Below are positions 9,898-20,107 of a stretch of DNA of 64,000 nucleotides, in pieces (position 1 is the first letter of the stretch; each line of letters begins with the position of its first letter). The notes beneath the pieces are model-generated. The model made no database searches. It was not told the origin of the DNA and worked only from the letters and a program-made list of their open reading frames with translations. The translations under genes were made by a program, and so were the position numbers. The stretch comes from Acidobacteriota bacterium (GTDB lineage: Bacteria; Acidobacteriota; UBA6911; RPQK01; JAJDTT01). Location of the stretch: the NCBI GenBank assembly GCA_965217775.1, contig CBDCJH010000002.1, forward strand, positions 928,001-992,000, read 5' to 3'.

Positions 9898-12291
9898 TCA
9901 ATTCTCTTCTTCCAGATATCCCCCGGTGATGGGACAAAAGCTATCGGTCTCGCTCCGGTAGTGGGCGACTCGCCAACTCCGTCCGTCGGTCCTCACGCGC
10001 AGGCTCCCCCATTGGCTGGTGGAGAGGGGGAGCGCTCCGGCCCGGCGGAGCCGGTGCAGGGCGGCCTGGGCGGGATGACCGAAGGGGTTCTTGCGTCCAG
10101 CCGAGATCAGGCCCACTCGGGGCCGCAGCCGGGAGAGGAACTCGGAAGAGCTGCTGGAGCCACTCCCATGGTGAGCCACCTTCAGGACCGCAGTCCGGCT
10201 CAGCCTGGGGGTCAATCGCCGCTCGATGTTCCGGTCGATGTCTCCCGTCAACAGCAGGCGGAAGCGCCCGTACAGCAGGAGCAGGACCACGGACCGGTTG
10301 TTGGCGCCGGAGGAGTTCCATTCCGGGTCCCCCTTCCCGGGTGGATGGAGCACCCGATGCCCGACTCCACCCCGAAAAAAGGCCTGACCGTCGCTCAGGG
10401 TCAGCCGTTGTTCCGGCAGTTCTCCGGGCGGAGGTTCCGCAACCATCAATTGTCCCACCGGGAAGGCCTGCCGGATGAACTCGTATCCTTGCACGTGATC
10501 CTGATGGGGATGGGTCAAGAGGACGTAGGAGAGGTTCCGGATTCTCCGGTGCCAGAGGTAGCGTCCCACCAGTCTTTGCCCGACGAAGCGGCTGGGTTCC
10601 GCGTCCCAAGACCAGCGGCCCCCGGTATCCACCAGCGCGTGGGATCCGTCCGGATAGGCGATGTGGATGCTCTCCCCCTGGCCCACGTCCAGCAGGGTGA
10701 CCTCCAGCTGCCCGGTCTCCGCATCGGACTCCCAGGTGACGGAGAGGAAGAAGAGCACCGGTGTCAGCCAGAGGAGGTGGAGTGCCCTCCGGCCCAGGAT
10801 CAGGCCCAGTCCCAGAAGCAGGAAGTAGAGGATCAACTCGGCGGCCGAGGGGTGGGGCACGTACTGGATGGTGGCGACCCACTGCACCAGGTCCATCAGC
10901 AGACGGATCAGGTCGGCCGCCGCCCCCACCAGCATCGAGAGACTCTCTCCCGTCGGGAGCCAGTAAGTGATGAGGAGGAGAAAGGCGGCCAGCAGGAAGA
11001 GGGAGAAGCAGGGCACCAGGACCAGATTGGACAGCCAATGGGTCCAGCACCAGACGTTGGAGTAGTAGAGGGCCAGGGGCAGGGTGAACAGTTGGATGCA
11101 GAGCGTGAACGAGATCAGTGAAAGGACCGATCCGGAGCCCCGGGCCAACAGTGGAACCAGGGACTGCGACAGGGCTCGGGGCAACGGCTCCAGGAGATGC
11201 TCCATACGGTATCGGATTCGCCGTCCCAGTCGTCCCGGGATCGTCGCCTCGACTCGCACCTGGGGCAGAAAGACCGAGGATGCGGTTCGCCGCAGCACGT
11301 GGATCCAGGGCTGGACCGGAAAGACGCAGAGCCCAATGGCCAGGAGGCTCAGATAGGAGAACTGGAAACTCGCCGTATGGAGGGATTGGGGGAGGACCCC
11401 CAACGTGATCAGGGCGGCCACGCCGAGACCGTTGAGGAACTGGGACTTCAGGCCCAACGACAGGAGGAGATGGATCCAACTGGCCATGAGTCCGGCCCGG
11501 ATGGCGGAGATGGGAGCTCCCACGGCCACCACGTAGCTCCAGACGGAGCCCAGAGCCAGGAGGCGCCCGGCCAACCCCAGGGGGCGGGCCAGGAGATGGA
11601 GAAACAGGTAGACGAGTGAGACGTGAAATCCGGACACGGCGAAGAGGTGGAAGATTCCCAACTTCTCGATGCTGACGCGATCGACCTCCTCGAGCCGGCG
11701 GGTCTGACCCAGAAGGGTGCTCAGGATCAGGTTCACCTGATCCGGCTGCAGGGTCCGCCGGCAGAAGCGCTCGAACGCTCGGACATAGGCGAACAGCGGC
11801 CTTCGCGGATCCCATCCCGGGTCCGGCCCCAGGCGCCGGACCTGGAGGTGCGACTTGAGACGCACCACTCCCACGATTCCCCGTTGCCAGAAGCGCAGGC
11901 GCAGGTCGTCCACTCCCGGGATTCCGTGATGGGGCGGGTCCTCCAGGAAGGCGCTGACCCGAAGTTTCTCTCCGTATCGGAGGAAAGGCTCCGACTCGGA
12001 TCCGCCGGGAAGGGAGTAGACGTAGAGAGCCACCTTGCCGGGAAGGGATAGATCGCGCCCCCCCTGCTGGACCGAGAGGGGCTTGATCTCCAAATACAGG
12101 CCTCTCTTCAGCACCAATGGCGGGTGATCGATCCGGCCCACCAACTCGATGGTCTGATTCCGATCGACGGCGAGTCGGGGACGCTGTTGCTCCTCGGTCA
12201 GGAGGCGAACCGCACCCAATAGGAGCGCCAGGACGAGACAGGGGTTGAAGAGGCAGAAACGGCCCAGCTTTTCCAGTGGAACATCCAGCAA
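9898..12291 (-). CDS. comEC: DNA internalization competence protein ComEC/Rec2
   Basis: HLFAVSGFH competence domain, FQFSY, and a C-terminal beta-lactamase-like domain (LDVGQGE, LTHPHQDH, LTGD, KVAHHGS, NPFGHP). Confidence 0.92.
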   Translation of the reverse strand: MLDVPLEKLGRFCLFNPCLVLALLLGAVRLLTEEQQRPRLAVDRNQTIELVGRIDHPPLVLKRGLYLEIKPLSVQQGGRDLSLPGKVALYVYSLPGGSESEPFLRYGEKLRVSAFLEDPPHHGIPGVDDLRLRFWQRGIVGVVRLKSHLQVRRLGPDPGWDPRRPLFAYVRAFERFCRRTLQPDQVNLILSTLLGQTRRLEEVDRVSIEKLGIFHLFAVSGFHVSLVYLFLHLLARPLGLAGRLLALGSVWSYVVAVGAPISAIRAGLMASWIHLLLSLGLKSQFLNGLGVAALITLGVLPQSLHTASFQFSYLSLLAIGLCVFPVQPWIHVLRRTASSVFLPQVRVEATIPGRLGRRIRYRMEHLLEPLPRALSQSLVPLLARGSGSVLSLISFTLCIQLFTLPLALYYSNVWCWTHWLSNLVLVPCFSLFLLAAFLLLITYWLPTGESLSMLVGAAADLIRLLMDLVQWVATIQYVPHPSAAELILYFLLLGLGLILGRRALHLLWLTPVLFFLSVTWESDAETGQLEVTLLDVGQGESIHIAYPDGSHALVDTGGRWSWDAEPSRFVGQRLVGRYLWHRRIRNLSYVLLTHPHQDHVQGYEFIRQAFPVGQLMVAEPPPGELPEQRLTLSDGQAFFRGGVGHRVLHPPGKGDPEWNSSGANNRSVVLLLLYGRFRLLLTGDIDRNIERRLTPRLSRTAVLKVAHHGSGSSSSSEFLSRLRPRVGLISAGRKNPFGHPAQAALHRLRRAGALPLSTSQWGSLRVRTDGRSWRVAHYRSETDSFCPITGGYLEEEN

Positions 12292-12324
12292 CCTCTCTAA
12301 CGCCGGAAGCTGGAAAAACTGCGA

Positions 12325-12347
12325 GGAGGGGCGATTTCCAATCGCCC
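12325..12347 (+). repeat. GGAG-REP hairpin facing the 52-bp array
   Basis: GGAGGGGCGATTTCCAATCGCCC, identical to the copy at ~62524. Confidence 0.65.
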
Positions 12348-12386
12348 ATTCCTGCGTTGGCCCGCGGGCTCATTCCACCCTACATT

Positions 12387-12748
12387 CGTGCGCCTCTCCA
12401 TCACTTGGGAGATCGGCGGTTGGAAACCGCCGCTCCATCGTGCGCCTCTCGATCACTTGGGAGATCGGCGGTTGGAAACCGCCGCTCCATCGTGCGCCCC
12501 TCGATCACTTGGGAGATCGGCGGTTGGAAACCGCCGCTCCATCGTGCGCCCCTCGATGCCTTGGGAGATCGGCGGTTGGAAACCGCCGCTCCATCGTGCG
12601 CCTCTCGATGCCTTGGGAGATCGGCGGTTGGAAACCGCCGCTCCATCGTGCGCCCCTCGATGCCTTGGGAGATCGGCGGTTGGAAACCGCCGCTCCATCG
12701 TGCGCCCCTCGATGCCTTGGGAGATCAGCGGTTGGAAACCGCCGCTCC
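12387..12748. repeat. tandem array of 7 x 52-bp units, each containing a REP palindrome
   Basis: Unit CGTGCGCCYCTCGAT(CA/GC)CTTGGGAGATCGGCGGTTGGAAACCGCCGCTCCAT, starting at 12387, 12439, 12491, 12543, 12595, 12647 and 12699. Confidence 0.97.
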
Positions 12749-12753
12749 GTTCC

Positions 12754-13749
12754 TCAAAACCGGGGACTCGGCCAGTAATACTGGCGGCGGTGGAGTATCT
12801 TGCCGGTGGGTTCGCTGCATTGGACCCGGATGGTCCGGAACTTGTGGTCCGATTCGAGAGGTGGGCGGAAGGTGAGAACGTACTGGCTCTTGAGTTCCCG
12901 GGCCAGTTCCGTATACCTGTCCGTGAGTTCCTCCAGCCTCTCGGGAAAGAGGGCCCGACCCCCGGTCGCCTCGGCCAGGTGGAGCATGGCCCTCTCCTTC
13001 TGCTCGAAGTAGGCTTCGACGAAGTCCTCCTCCGGATTCACCAATTCGGACATCACCCGGTTCAGGAATTCGACCCGATTGCTCCGGCCCACTTCGTCCC
13101 GGATCAGGCGGGTCCTGCTGATGATGTAGAGGGCGACGTTGGACGCGATCAGGCGCTCGACGATCTGGTCGTAGCTCTGACTGCTCTCGTTGTCCAGGCC
13201 GTCGGTGAGCAGGATGATGGCTTTCTTCCCGCTGACCCGGGACAGTTGCTTGTTGGTGGTGGTCCACAGAGCGTCGTACATGGCGGTCCGATAGCCGGGC
13301 TTGAGCTTCCTGAGGGCGCGGCGAATCGATCTCAGGCTCGAAGTCCAGTCCCGGAGCACTTGGACGCGGTCGGAAAAGGTGATGACGGAGAACCGGTCGT
13401 TTCGCTGAAAGGAACGGGCGAAGTCGAGGGCCGCTTGTGCGATCTGCTTCAACTCGCTGCGGATGCTGCCGCTCACGTCCAGCAGGAGAGCCACGTGGAT
13501 GCGGTCCTGGTCCAGCACGAAGTTCTCGATGGCCCGGGGGCTGTTCTCATCCAGCAGGGAGAAGTGTTCCCGTTCCAGATGAGTCAAGAGCTTCCCCGTC
13601 GGCCCGAAGACGGTGACCGGAACCCGGATGAAGTTGGCCCGGACTCGAAACGAGGGGGGGACGGAATCCGAGGAGGGTTGGGACTGGATGGATTGGATCG
13701 CTAGAAACCAGCAGGCGCTGAACAGGACGACTCCACTCCGAAACCTCAC
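12754..13749 (-). CDS. VWA domain protein (VWFA-related, Acidobacterial type)
   Basis: Signal peptide, FRVRAN..VPVTV, MIDAS LLDVSGS, TAMYDA, LTDGLD, ELKSQYVLTF. Confidence 0.88.
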   Translation of the reverse strand: MRFRSGVVLFSACWFLAIQSIQSQPSSDSVPPSFRVRANFIRVPVTVFGPTGKLLTHLEREHFSLLDENSPRAIENFVLDQDRIHVALLLDVSGSIRSELKQIAQAALDFARSFQRNDRFSVITFSDRVQVLRDWTSSLRSIRRALRKLKPGYRTAMYDALWTTTNKQLSRVSGKKAIILLTDGLDNESSQSYDQIVERLIASNVALYIISRTRLIRDEVGRSNRVEFLNRVMSELVNPEEDFVEAYFEQKERAMLHLAEATGGRALFPERLEELTDRYTELARELKSQYVLTFRPPLESDHKFRTIRVQCSEPTGKILHRRQYYWPSPRF

Positions 13750-13779
13750 CGCCGGGTCCTCCGGATCTCGGCCCTCCTC

Positions 13780-15264
13780 TTACGTCTCCTCCTCGGGACT
13801 CCACCTCAGCACGGGGCGGCGGGCGGCCCGGGTCTCGTCCAGCCGGGTCCGTTTGGCCAGACGGGGCGCTTCGTGGGCGGCCTCCGCATCCTCCCGGGCT
13901 CGATGGTAGATCCGGATCATGGCCTCCACGAAGGCGTCCAGCTCCGCCTTGCTCTCGCTTTCGGTGGGCTCGATCATCATCGCACCCCGGACGATCAGAG
14001 GGAAGTAGATGGTCGGCGGATGGAAGCCCTCGTCGATGAGCTGCTTGGCCACGTCCAGCGTCTTGACCCCGAAGGGCTCCAGGGTCTTGTCCGAGAAGAC
14101 CGCCTCGTGCATTGACGGGGTCGGGTAGGGAAGGTGGAAGTATTCCTGCAGCCGGGCGCGGATGTAGTTGGCGTTGAGGACGGCGGTCTCGGTGAGCTGC
14201 TTCAGACCGCTCCCGCCGCAGGTGAGGATGTAGGTCAGAGCCCGCACCATCATGCCGAAGTTGCCGTAGAAGGCGTGGACCGGACCGATGGAGTGGGGCC
14301 GGTCCGAGTTGGTCCGGTAACCGTCTCCGCACGCTTCGATGACGGGGGAGGGGAGATAGGGGGCCAGGAGTTCACGACAGGCCACGGCTCCACAGCCGGG
14401 TCCACCGCCGCCGTGGGGGGTCGAGAAGGTCTTGTGCAGATTGAGGTGGAGCACGTCGATCCCCATGTCGCCCGGACGCGCATAGCCCATGAGGGCGTTG
14501 AAGTTGGCCCCGTCCATGTAGATGAGCCCGCCCTGATCGTGGAGGATCCGGCTGATCTCCTCGATCCGGCTCTCGAAGATCCCCAGCGTGTTGGGATTGG
14601 TCAACATCAGGCAGGCCACGTCTTCGTTCATGCGCTCCCGCAGGATCCGGATGTCGATCCTTCCGGAGGAATCGGAGGGAATCGAGACCACCTGGTACCC
14701 GGCGATGGTGGCGCTGGCCGGGTTGGTGCCGTGTGCCGAGTCGGGGATCAGGACGTAGCGCCGGGGTCTTTGTTGCGCCGCATGATGGGCCCGCACCATG
14801 AGGATCCCCACCATTTCTCCCTGGGACCCGGCCGCCGGTTGGAGCGTGGCGGCGTCCAGGCCGGTGAGTTCCTGCAGGGACTCCTGGAGCCGGTATATAA
14901 GCTCCAGGTTACCCTGCGACAGGGCGGCCTCCTGCAGGGGATGCACCATGGCGATCCGCGGCATGCGAGCGGTCCGCTCGTTGAGCCGGGGGTTGTACTT
15001 CATGGTGCAGGAGCCCAGGGGATACATCCCCAGGTCGATGTGATAGTTCCAGGTCGACATGCGGGTGTAGTGCCGGATGATCTCCACCTCGCTCACTTCC
15101 GGGAAGCCCGTAACCTCCTCCCGTGTCAGCCCCGGGTCCAGGATTTCCTCGATCGGCGTGTCCTCCACGTCCAGGGGGGGAAGACTGTAGGCGGACTTGC
15201 CCGGGGAGGACTGTTCGAAGATGAGCGGCTCGTTGAGATTGTAGACGGGACTGGTTCGACTCAT
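13780..15264 (-). CDS. gcvPB: glycine dehydrogenase (decarboxylating) subunit 2
   Basis: YPLGSCTMKYNP, QPAAGSQGE, SAHGTNPAS, HLNLHKTFSTPHGGGGPG. Confidence 0.96.
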   Translation of the reverse strand: MSRTSPVYNLNEPLIFEQSSPGKSAYSLPPLDVEDTPIEEILDPGLTREEVTGFPEVSEVEIIRHYTRMSTWNYHIDLGMYPLGSCTMKYNPRLNERTARMPRIAMVHPLQEAALSQGNLELIYRLQESLQELTGLDAATLQPAAGSQGEMVGILMVRAHHAAQQRPRRYVLIPDSAHGTNPASATIAGYQVVSIPSDSSGRIDIRILRERMNEDVACLMLTNPNTLGIFESRIEEISRILHDQGGLIYMDGANFNALMGYARPGDMGIDVLHLNLHKTFSTPHGGGGPGCGAVACRELLAPYLPSPVIEACGDGYRTNSDRPHSIGPVHAFYGNFGMMVRALTYILTCGGSGLKQLTETAVLNANYIRARLQEYFHLPYPTPSMHEAVFSDKTLEPFGVKTLDVAKQLIDEGFHPPTIYFPLIVRGAMMIEPTESESKAELDAFVEAMIRIYHRAREDAEAAHEAPRLAKRTRLDETRAARRPVLRWSPEEET

Positions 15265-16598
15265 ACGGTCACCGGGCTTTGCTGGAGGACGCGGATGAAG
15301 CGGTCGATCTGCCGGCGAGTGTTCTGGTCGGTGACACAGACCAGCATCTGGTCCCGGCGCGAAGGAAACCAGGTTCCCAGGGGCAGCCCCCCGATGATGC
15401 CTTCCCGGTAGAGGTCCTGGTTCAGACTCTCCGGATCGTCGACGCGAAGCACGATTTCGTTGAAGACGGGCCCTGAGAAAACCAGGCGATCGGCCAACCT
15501 CCGCCTGAGGTAATGGGCCTTCTTCAGGTTCTGCTCGGCCAGTTCTCGAATGCCGTTCTTGCCCAGAGTGGACAGGAAGATGGATACGGCCAGGGCGCAG
15601 AGGCCCTGGTTGGTGCAGATGTTGGAGGTGGCCTTCTCGCGGCGGATGTGCTGCTCCCGGGTGGAGAGGGTCAGGACGAAACCGCGCCGATCTTTCCGGT
15701 CCACGGTCTGCCCCACGAGGCGGCCCGGAAGTTGCCGCTTGTAGCGGTCGCGGGTGGCGAACAACCCCAGATAAGGCCCGCCGAAGCTCAGCGGAAGACC
15801 CAGACTCTGCCCCTCTCCGGCCACGATGTCGGCACCCATCTCTCCCGGCGGTTTCAGCACGCCGAGGGAGAGGGCCTCGGTGGTGACGGCCACCAGCAGG
15901 GCCCGGCGCCGGTGAGCCAACCGGCCCAGCTCTTCCATCTCCTCCACGACGCCGAAGAAGTTGGGCGACTGGACCACCACCGCCGCCGTCCGGTCATCCA
16001 GAAGGGCGTCCACGGCCTCCGGATCCATGGAGCCGGAGGAGGTGGCGGGGACGGAGGTCACGGAGAGGTGATTTCCCGTATAGGTGCCCAGGACCTTCCG
16101 GTAGTTCGGATGGAGCGCCTCCGGAACCAGGATCCGCGTCCGGCGGGTCACCCGGGCCGCCATCATGACCGCTTCGGCCAAGGCGCTGGCCCCGTCGTAG
16201 AGGCTGGCGTTGGCCACTTCCATCCCGGTGAGCTGAGCGATCAGGGTCTGGTACTCGAAGATGGCCTGGAGGGTTCCCTGACTGACTTCCGGTTGGTAGG
16301 GCGTATAGGCGGTGAAGTACTCGGAGCGCGAGACCAGCGTATCGATCACGGAGGGGATGAAATGGTGGTACGCGCCGGCGCCCAGAAAGTAGGCGAAGTC
16401 ATCGCCGGAGGCGTTCTTTCGGGCCATAGCCTTGAAGTCGGCCAGTAGCGACGATTCGGAGAGGGGCTCCGCCAGGTTCAGCGGACGGCCGAGGCGCACC
16501 CCGACCGGAATCGATTCGAACAGGTCGTCCGTCTTCTCCACGCCGATGGCCTGGAGCATGACCTGTCTTTCTTCCAGAGTCAGGGAAATGTAGCGCAT
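15261..16598 (-). CDS. gcvPA: glycine dehydrogenase (decarboxylating) subunit 1
   Basis: FLGAGAY, TAYTPYQPEVSQG, ANASLYDG, REQHIRREKATSNICTNQ. Confidence 0.96.
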   Translation of the reverse strand: MRYISLTLEERQVMLQAIGVEKTDDLFESIPVGVRLGRPLNLAEPLSESSLLADFKAMARKNASGDDFAYFLGAGAYHHFIPSVIDTLVSRSEYFTAYTPYQPEVSQGTLQAIFEYQTLIAQLTGMEVANASLYDGASALAEAVMMAARVTRRTRILVPEALHPNYRKVLGTYTGNHLSVTSVPATSSGSMDPEAVDALLDDRTAAVVVQSPNFFGVVEEMEELGRLAHRRRALLVAVTTEALSLGVLKPPGEMGADIVAGEGQSLGLPLSFGGPYLGLFATRDRYKRQLPGRLVGQTVDRKDRRGFVLTLSTREQHIRREKATSNICTNQGLCALAVSIFLSTLGKNGIRELAEQNLKKAHYLRRRLADRLVFSGPVFNEIVLRVDDPESLNQDLYREGIIGGLPLGTWFPSRRDQMLVCVTDQNTRRQIDRFIRVLQQSPVTV

Positions 16599-16610
16599 GG
16601 GCCAACCGGA

Positions 16611-17006
16611 TCAGTGCCCGGATTCCTCAGCCAGGTATGCGGCGTACTGCTGAGCGGACATGAGTCCGTCCAGCTCGGCGGGGTCGCTGAATTCCACCTG
16701 GATCATCCAGCCTTGACCGTAGGGGTCTTCGTTGACCAGTTCCGGCTGCTCCTCCAAGGACTCGTTGACCTGAATGACCTTGCCGGTGACGGGGCTGTAG
16801 AGATCGGACACGGCCTTGACCGATTCCACGGTGCCGAAGATGTCTTCGCCACCCAGTTCGTCGCCCGTCCGGGGGAGTTCGACGAAGACCACGTCACCCA
16901 GTTCATCCTGGGCGTGGTGCGTGATGCCCACGCGGCCCCGTCCCTCCTCCAGGATCTCGATCCATTCATGTTCTCTGGTGTATCGAAGCCCTTCCGGGAT
17001 TGTCAT
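16611..17006 (-). CDS. gcvH: glycine cleavage system H protein
   Basis: YTREHEW, LGDVVFVELP, lipoyl motif VESVKAVSD. Confidence 0.96.
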   Translation of the reverse strand: MTIPEGLRYTREHEWIEILEEGRGRVGITHHAQDELGDVVFVELPRTGDELGGEDIFGTVESVKAVSDLYSPVTGKVIQVNESLEEQPELVNEDPYGQGWMIQVEFSDPAELDGLMSAQQYAAYLAEESGH

Positions 17007-17105
17007 CTTCCTCTCCCTAAGGTTTCGGGGCCCGACCCGCCGGGCACCCTCCCCGCTTCGGGGCGTTCACTATTTACCGAAACGGGATCGATGATTCAAG
17101 ATCGA

Positions 17106-18184
<1,079 letters not shown>

Positions 18185-18188
<4 letters not shown>

Positions 18189-18604
18189 TCGGAGGGCCCG
18201 ACGTCGACTCGGCGAAAGTGGGACTGCTGCGTCGCGGCGGAAAAGAAGATCATGCCCAAGGGCTTGAAGACTCCGGCGTCGTCGGTCTTGCCCACCACGA
18301 CTCCCAGATCCTGGTCTCGCCCCAGCACTGCCTGGAAGTCGTATTGGGCGTTCAAGCCCCTCAGGTGCATGTCGCCGTTATCGGTGGCGGGCGGCTCCAG
18401 AGTGATCTTGGCTTGGACGGCGGGACCGGCGGAATGGACGCTGACGACCCGGAAATCCCCACCCGCCAGATGGTCGAACTGCTCGGTGATCTCCACCGCT
18501 TCGGAGAGTCCCGGAGTGGACGGTCCTGAGAAAAAGATGCTGTAGAAGATGAAGCCGGGCAGGGCCAATCCCATGAGAATCATCACTCCCGCGGCGCGCG
18601 ACAT
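18185..18604 (-). CDS. hypothetical protein with an N-terminal TM segment, coupled to gcvT
   Basis: Stop overlaps the gcvT ATG (ATGA). Hydrophobic N-terminus. Start inferred. Confidence 0.55.
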
Positions 18605-18813
18605 CAGGGGATCTATTCTATACAAGTCGGTGTCATTCCGGCATGAGAGTCGCCGCACGATCCGAATCCGCCGGCGTCTCGCCGTCGTTTAAAGACAGGA
18701 GAACACGGCGATTTCCCCCCGTCTGAACCTTCCGGAACGGCCCGTCGTCTATCCAAACAGGCAGATCGAAGTCGATCTGATGAGGTCTGAACCAGTAATC
18801 ACGGAGGATCACA

Positions 18814-19731
18814 ATGAATAGATCGGATGACAAGAAACAGTTTTCGGACCCGTTGCTGGCGGCGGTGGGCGGAGGCCCCGACCGGGAGCCGGTTCCCTCG
18901 CGACCCGGGACGGATCGCCTGGCCGGAGCGGTGATCTGGATGATGGTCGGCATTGGCCTGGGTCTGGGGGCGTACCTTTTCTGGGACACGCAGCAGGAGA
19001 TCCAGCGTCTCAACCGGGACCTGACGGAGAGCGAATCGCGGTTGGATCAGATGAAACGAACCCTGGAGAACTCCGGCGAACAGATTCGAACGCTGGAGGA
19101 GGGAGCCGCCAAAAGCGGGAGCCGCATTCAATCCCAGGGTAAGGAGTTGAGCCAATACCGCGGTCTGTTCCAGGGACTGAAATCGGACCAGGAGCAGCAG
19201 ACTCAGGGTCTGAAGTCGCTGGCGACGAACAAGGCGGACCGGGAGGACGTCACGAAGCTCCAAGGGGAAAACGAGGGGATCCGGAAAGAGAACGCAGGCA
19301 TCCGGAAGCAGGTCGGCCAAGTCTCGGCCGGTCTGACCGATCTGAAGGAGGTCACCGGCGTCAACCGGGCCGGCCTGGCCAATTCAAAGCGGAGGCTGGA
19401 CCGGTTGGACCGCGATCTGGATGCCACCAGCGACCGCTTGTCACGGCTCTCCCGGTCTCTGGAGCGGGAAAGGATCGAGTTCGAGCTGCAGGAAAAGGGA
19501 GGGTTCATCAAGGTCCTCGACGTTCACTTGAATCTGCGGGACGCCAATGCCAGGAAGCAGCGGTACGATCTGGACATCTACGTGGGCCGCAAGCGGATCC
19601 GGAAGCAGCACAAGTATGCCAACGAGCCGGTCTATTTCTTCGTGGAGGGGGTCGATAAACCCTACGAAGTGGTGATCACGCGTATCGTCCGGAACCAGGT
19701 CGCCGGTTACCTGACGGTGCCGGTCGCGTAA
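18814..19731 (+). CDS. membrane-anchored coiled-coil protein
   Basis: RBS GGAGG, single TM helix, long heptad-rich region, C-terminal beta domain (NEPVYF...YEVVI...GYL). Confidence 0.8.
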   Translation: MNRSDDKKQFSDPLLAAVGGGPDREPVPSRPGTDRLAGAVIWMMVGIGLGLGAYLFWDTQQEIQRLNRDLTESESRLDQMKRTLENSGEQIRTLEEGAAKSGSRIQSQGKELSQYRGLFQGLKSDQEQQTQGLKSLATNKADREDVTKLQGENEGIRKENAGIRKQVGQVSAGLTDLKEVTGVNRAGLANSKRRLDRLDRDLDATSDRLSRLSRSLERERIEFELQEKGGFIKVLDVHLNLRDANARKQRYDLDIYVGRKRIRKQHKYANEPVYFFVEGVDKPYEVVITRIVRNQVAGYLTVPVA

Positions 19732-19899
19732 TGGCGCCGCACAATTGAAGGGGGACATTCTTGTCCCCCATACCATCAAGAATCGGGGGCACGAAAGCCC
19801 CCGATTCTTGATGGCTTCAAAGAATCGAGGCGATTCCACCGCGTGGATTGACAAATTCTTCAGTCATCCATTCATCATGAAAGGCAGCAATAGAATTCC

Positions 19900-19925
19900 G
19901 TAGGGGCACACCTCATGGGTGCCCT
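19900..19925 (+). repeat. GTAG-REP hairpin
   Basis: GTAGGGGCACACCTCATGGGTGCCCT, related to the copies at 23026, 40541 and 55379. Further hairpins lie at 19748-19810. Confidence 0.6.
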
Positions 19926-20107
19926 CTCTTCTCCGACCATTTGTGATTCACCGTAGTCCTGGCCTGGACCACGCTTGCCAGAATCGGGAGTTGATCACCC
20001 GATGGCGGGTCGCGGCGCGCCTGCGGCGACCGCAGGCGTCGCCTATTCCAGACGAAGACAAACGGCCGCGTCGGCCCGACCCTGCCCGGGGTTGTCACCG
20101 AGGCTCG

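Noticed and set aside
12387-12748. CRISPR array
   Set aside because: The sequences between the palindromes are near-identical rather than unique spacers, and there are no cas genes. It is a tandem REP array.
12245-12875. Repetitive ORFs (WEIGGWKPPL / LETAAP) and the stand-alone MITE-derived ORFs near 23039, 27096 and 32995
   Set aside because: They are translations of non-coding repeats with no independent coding evidence.
18605-18813. Glycine riboswitch upstream of the gcv operon
   Set aside because: No recognisable GGAGA...CCGAAG...CTCTCAGG aptamer on the - strand.
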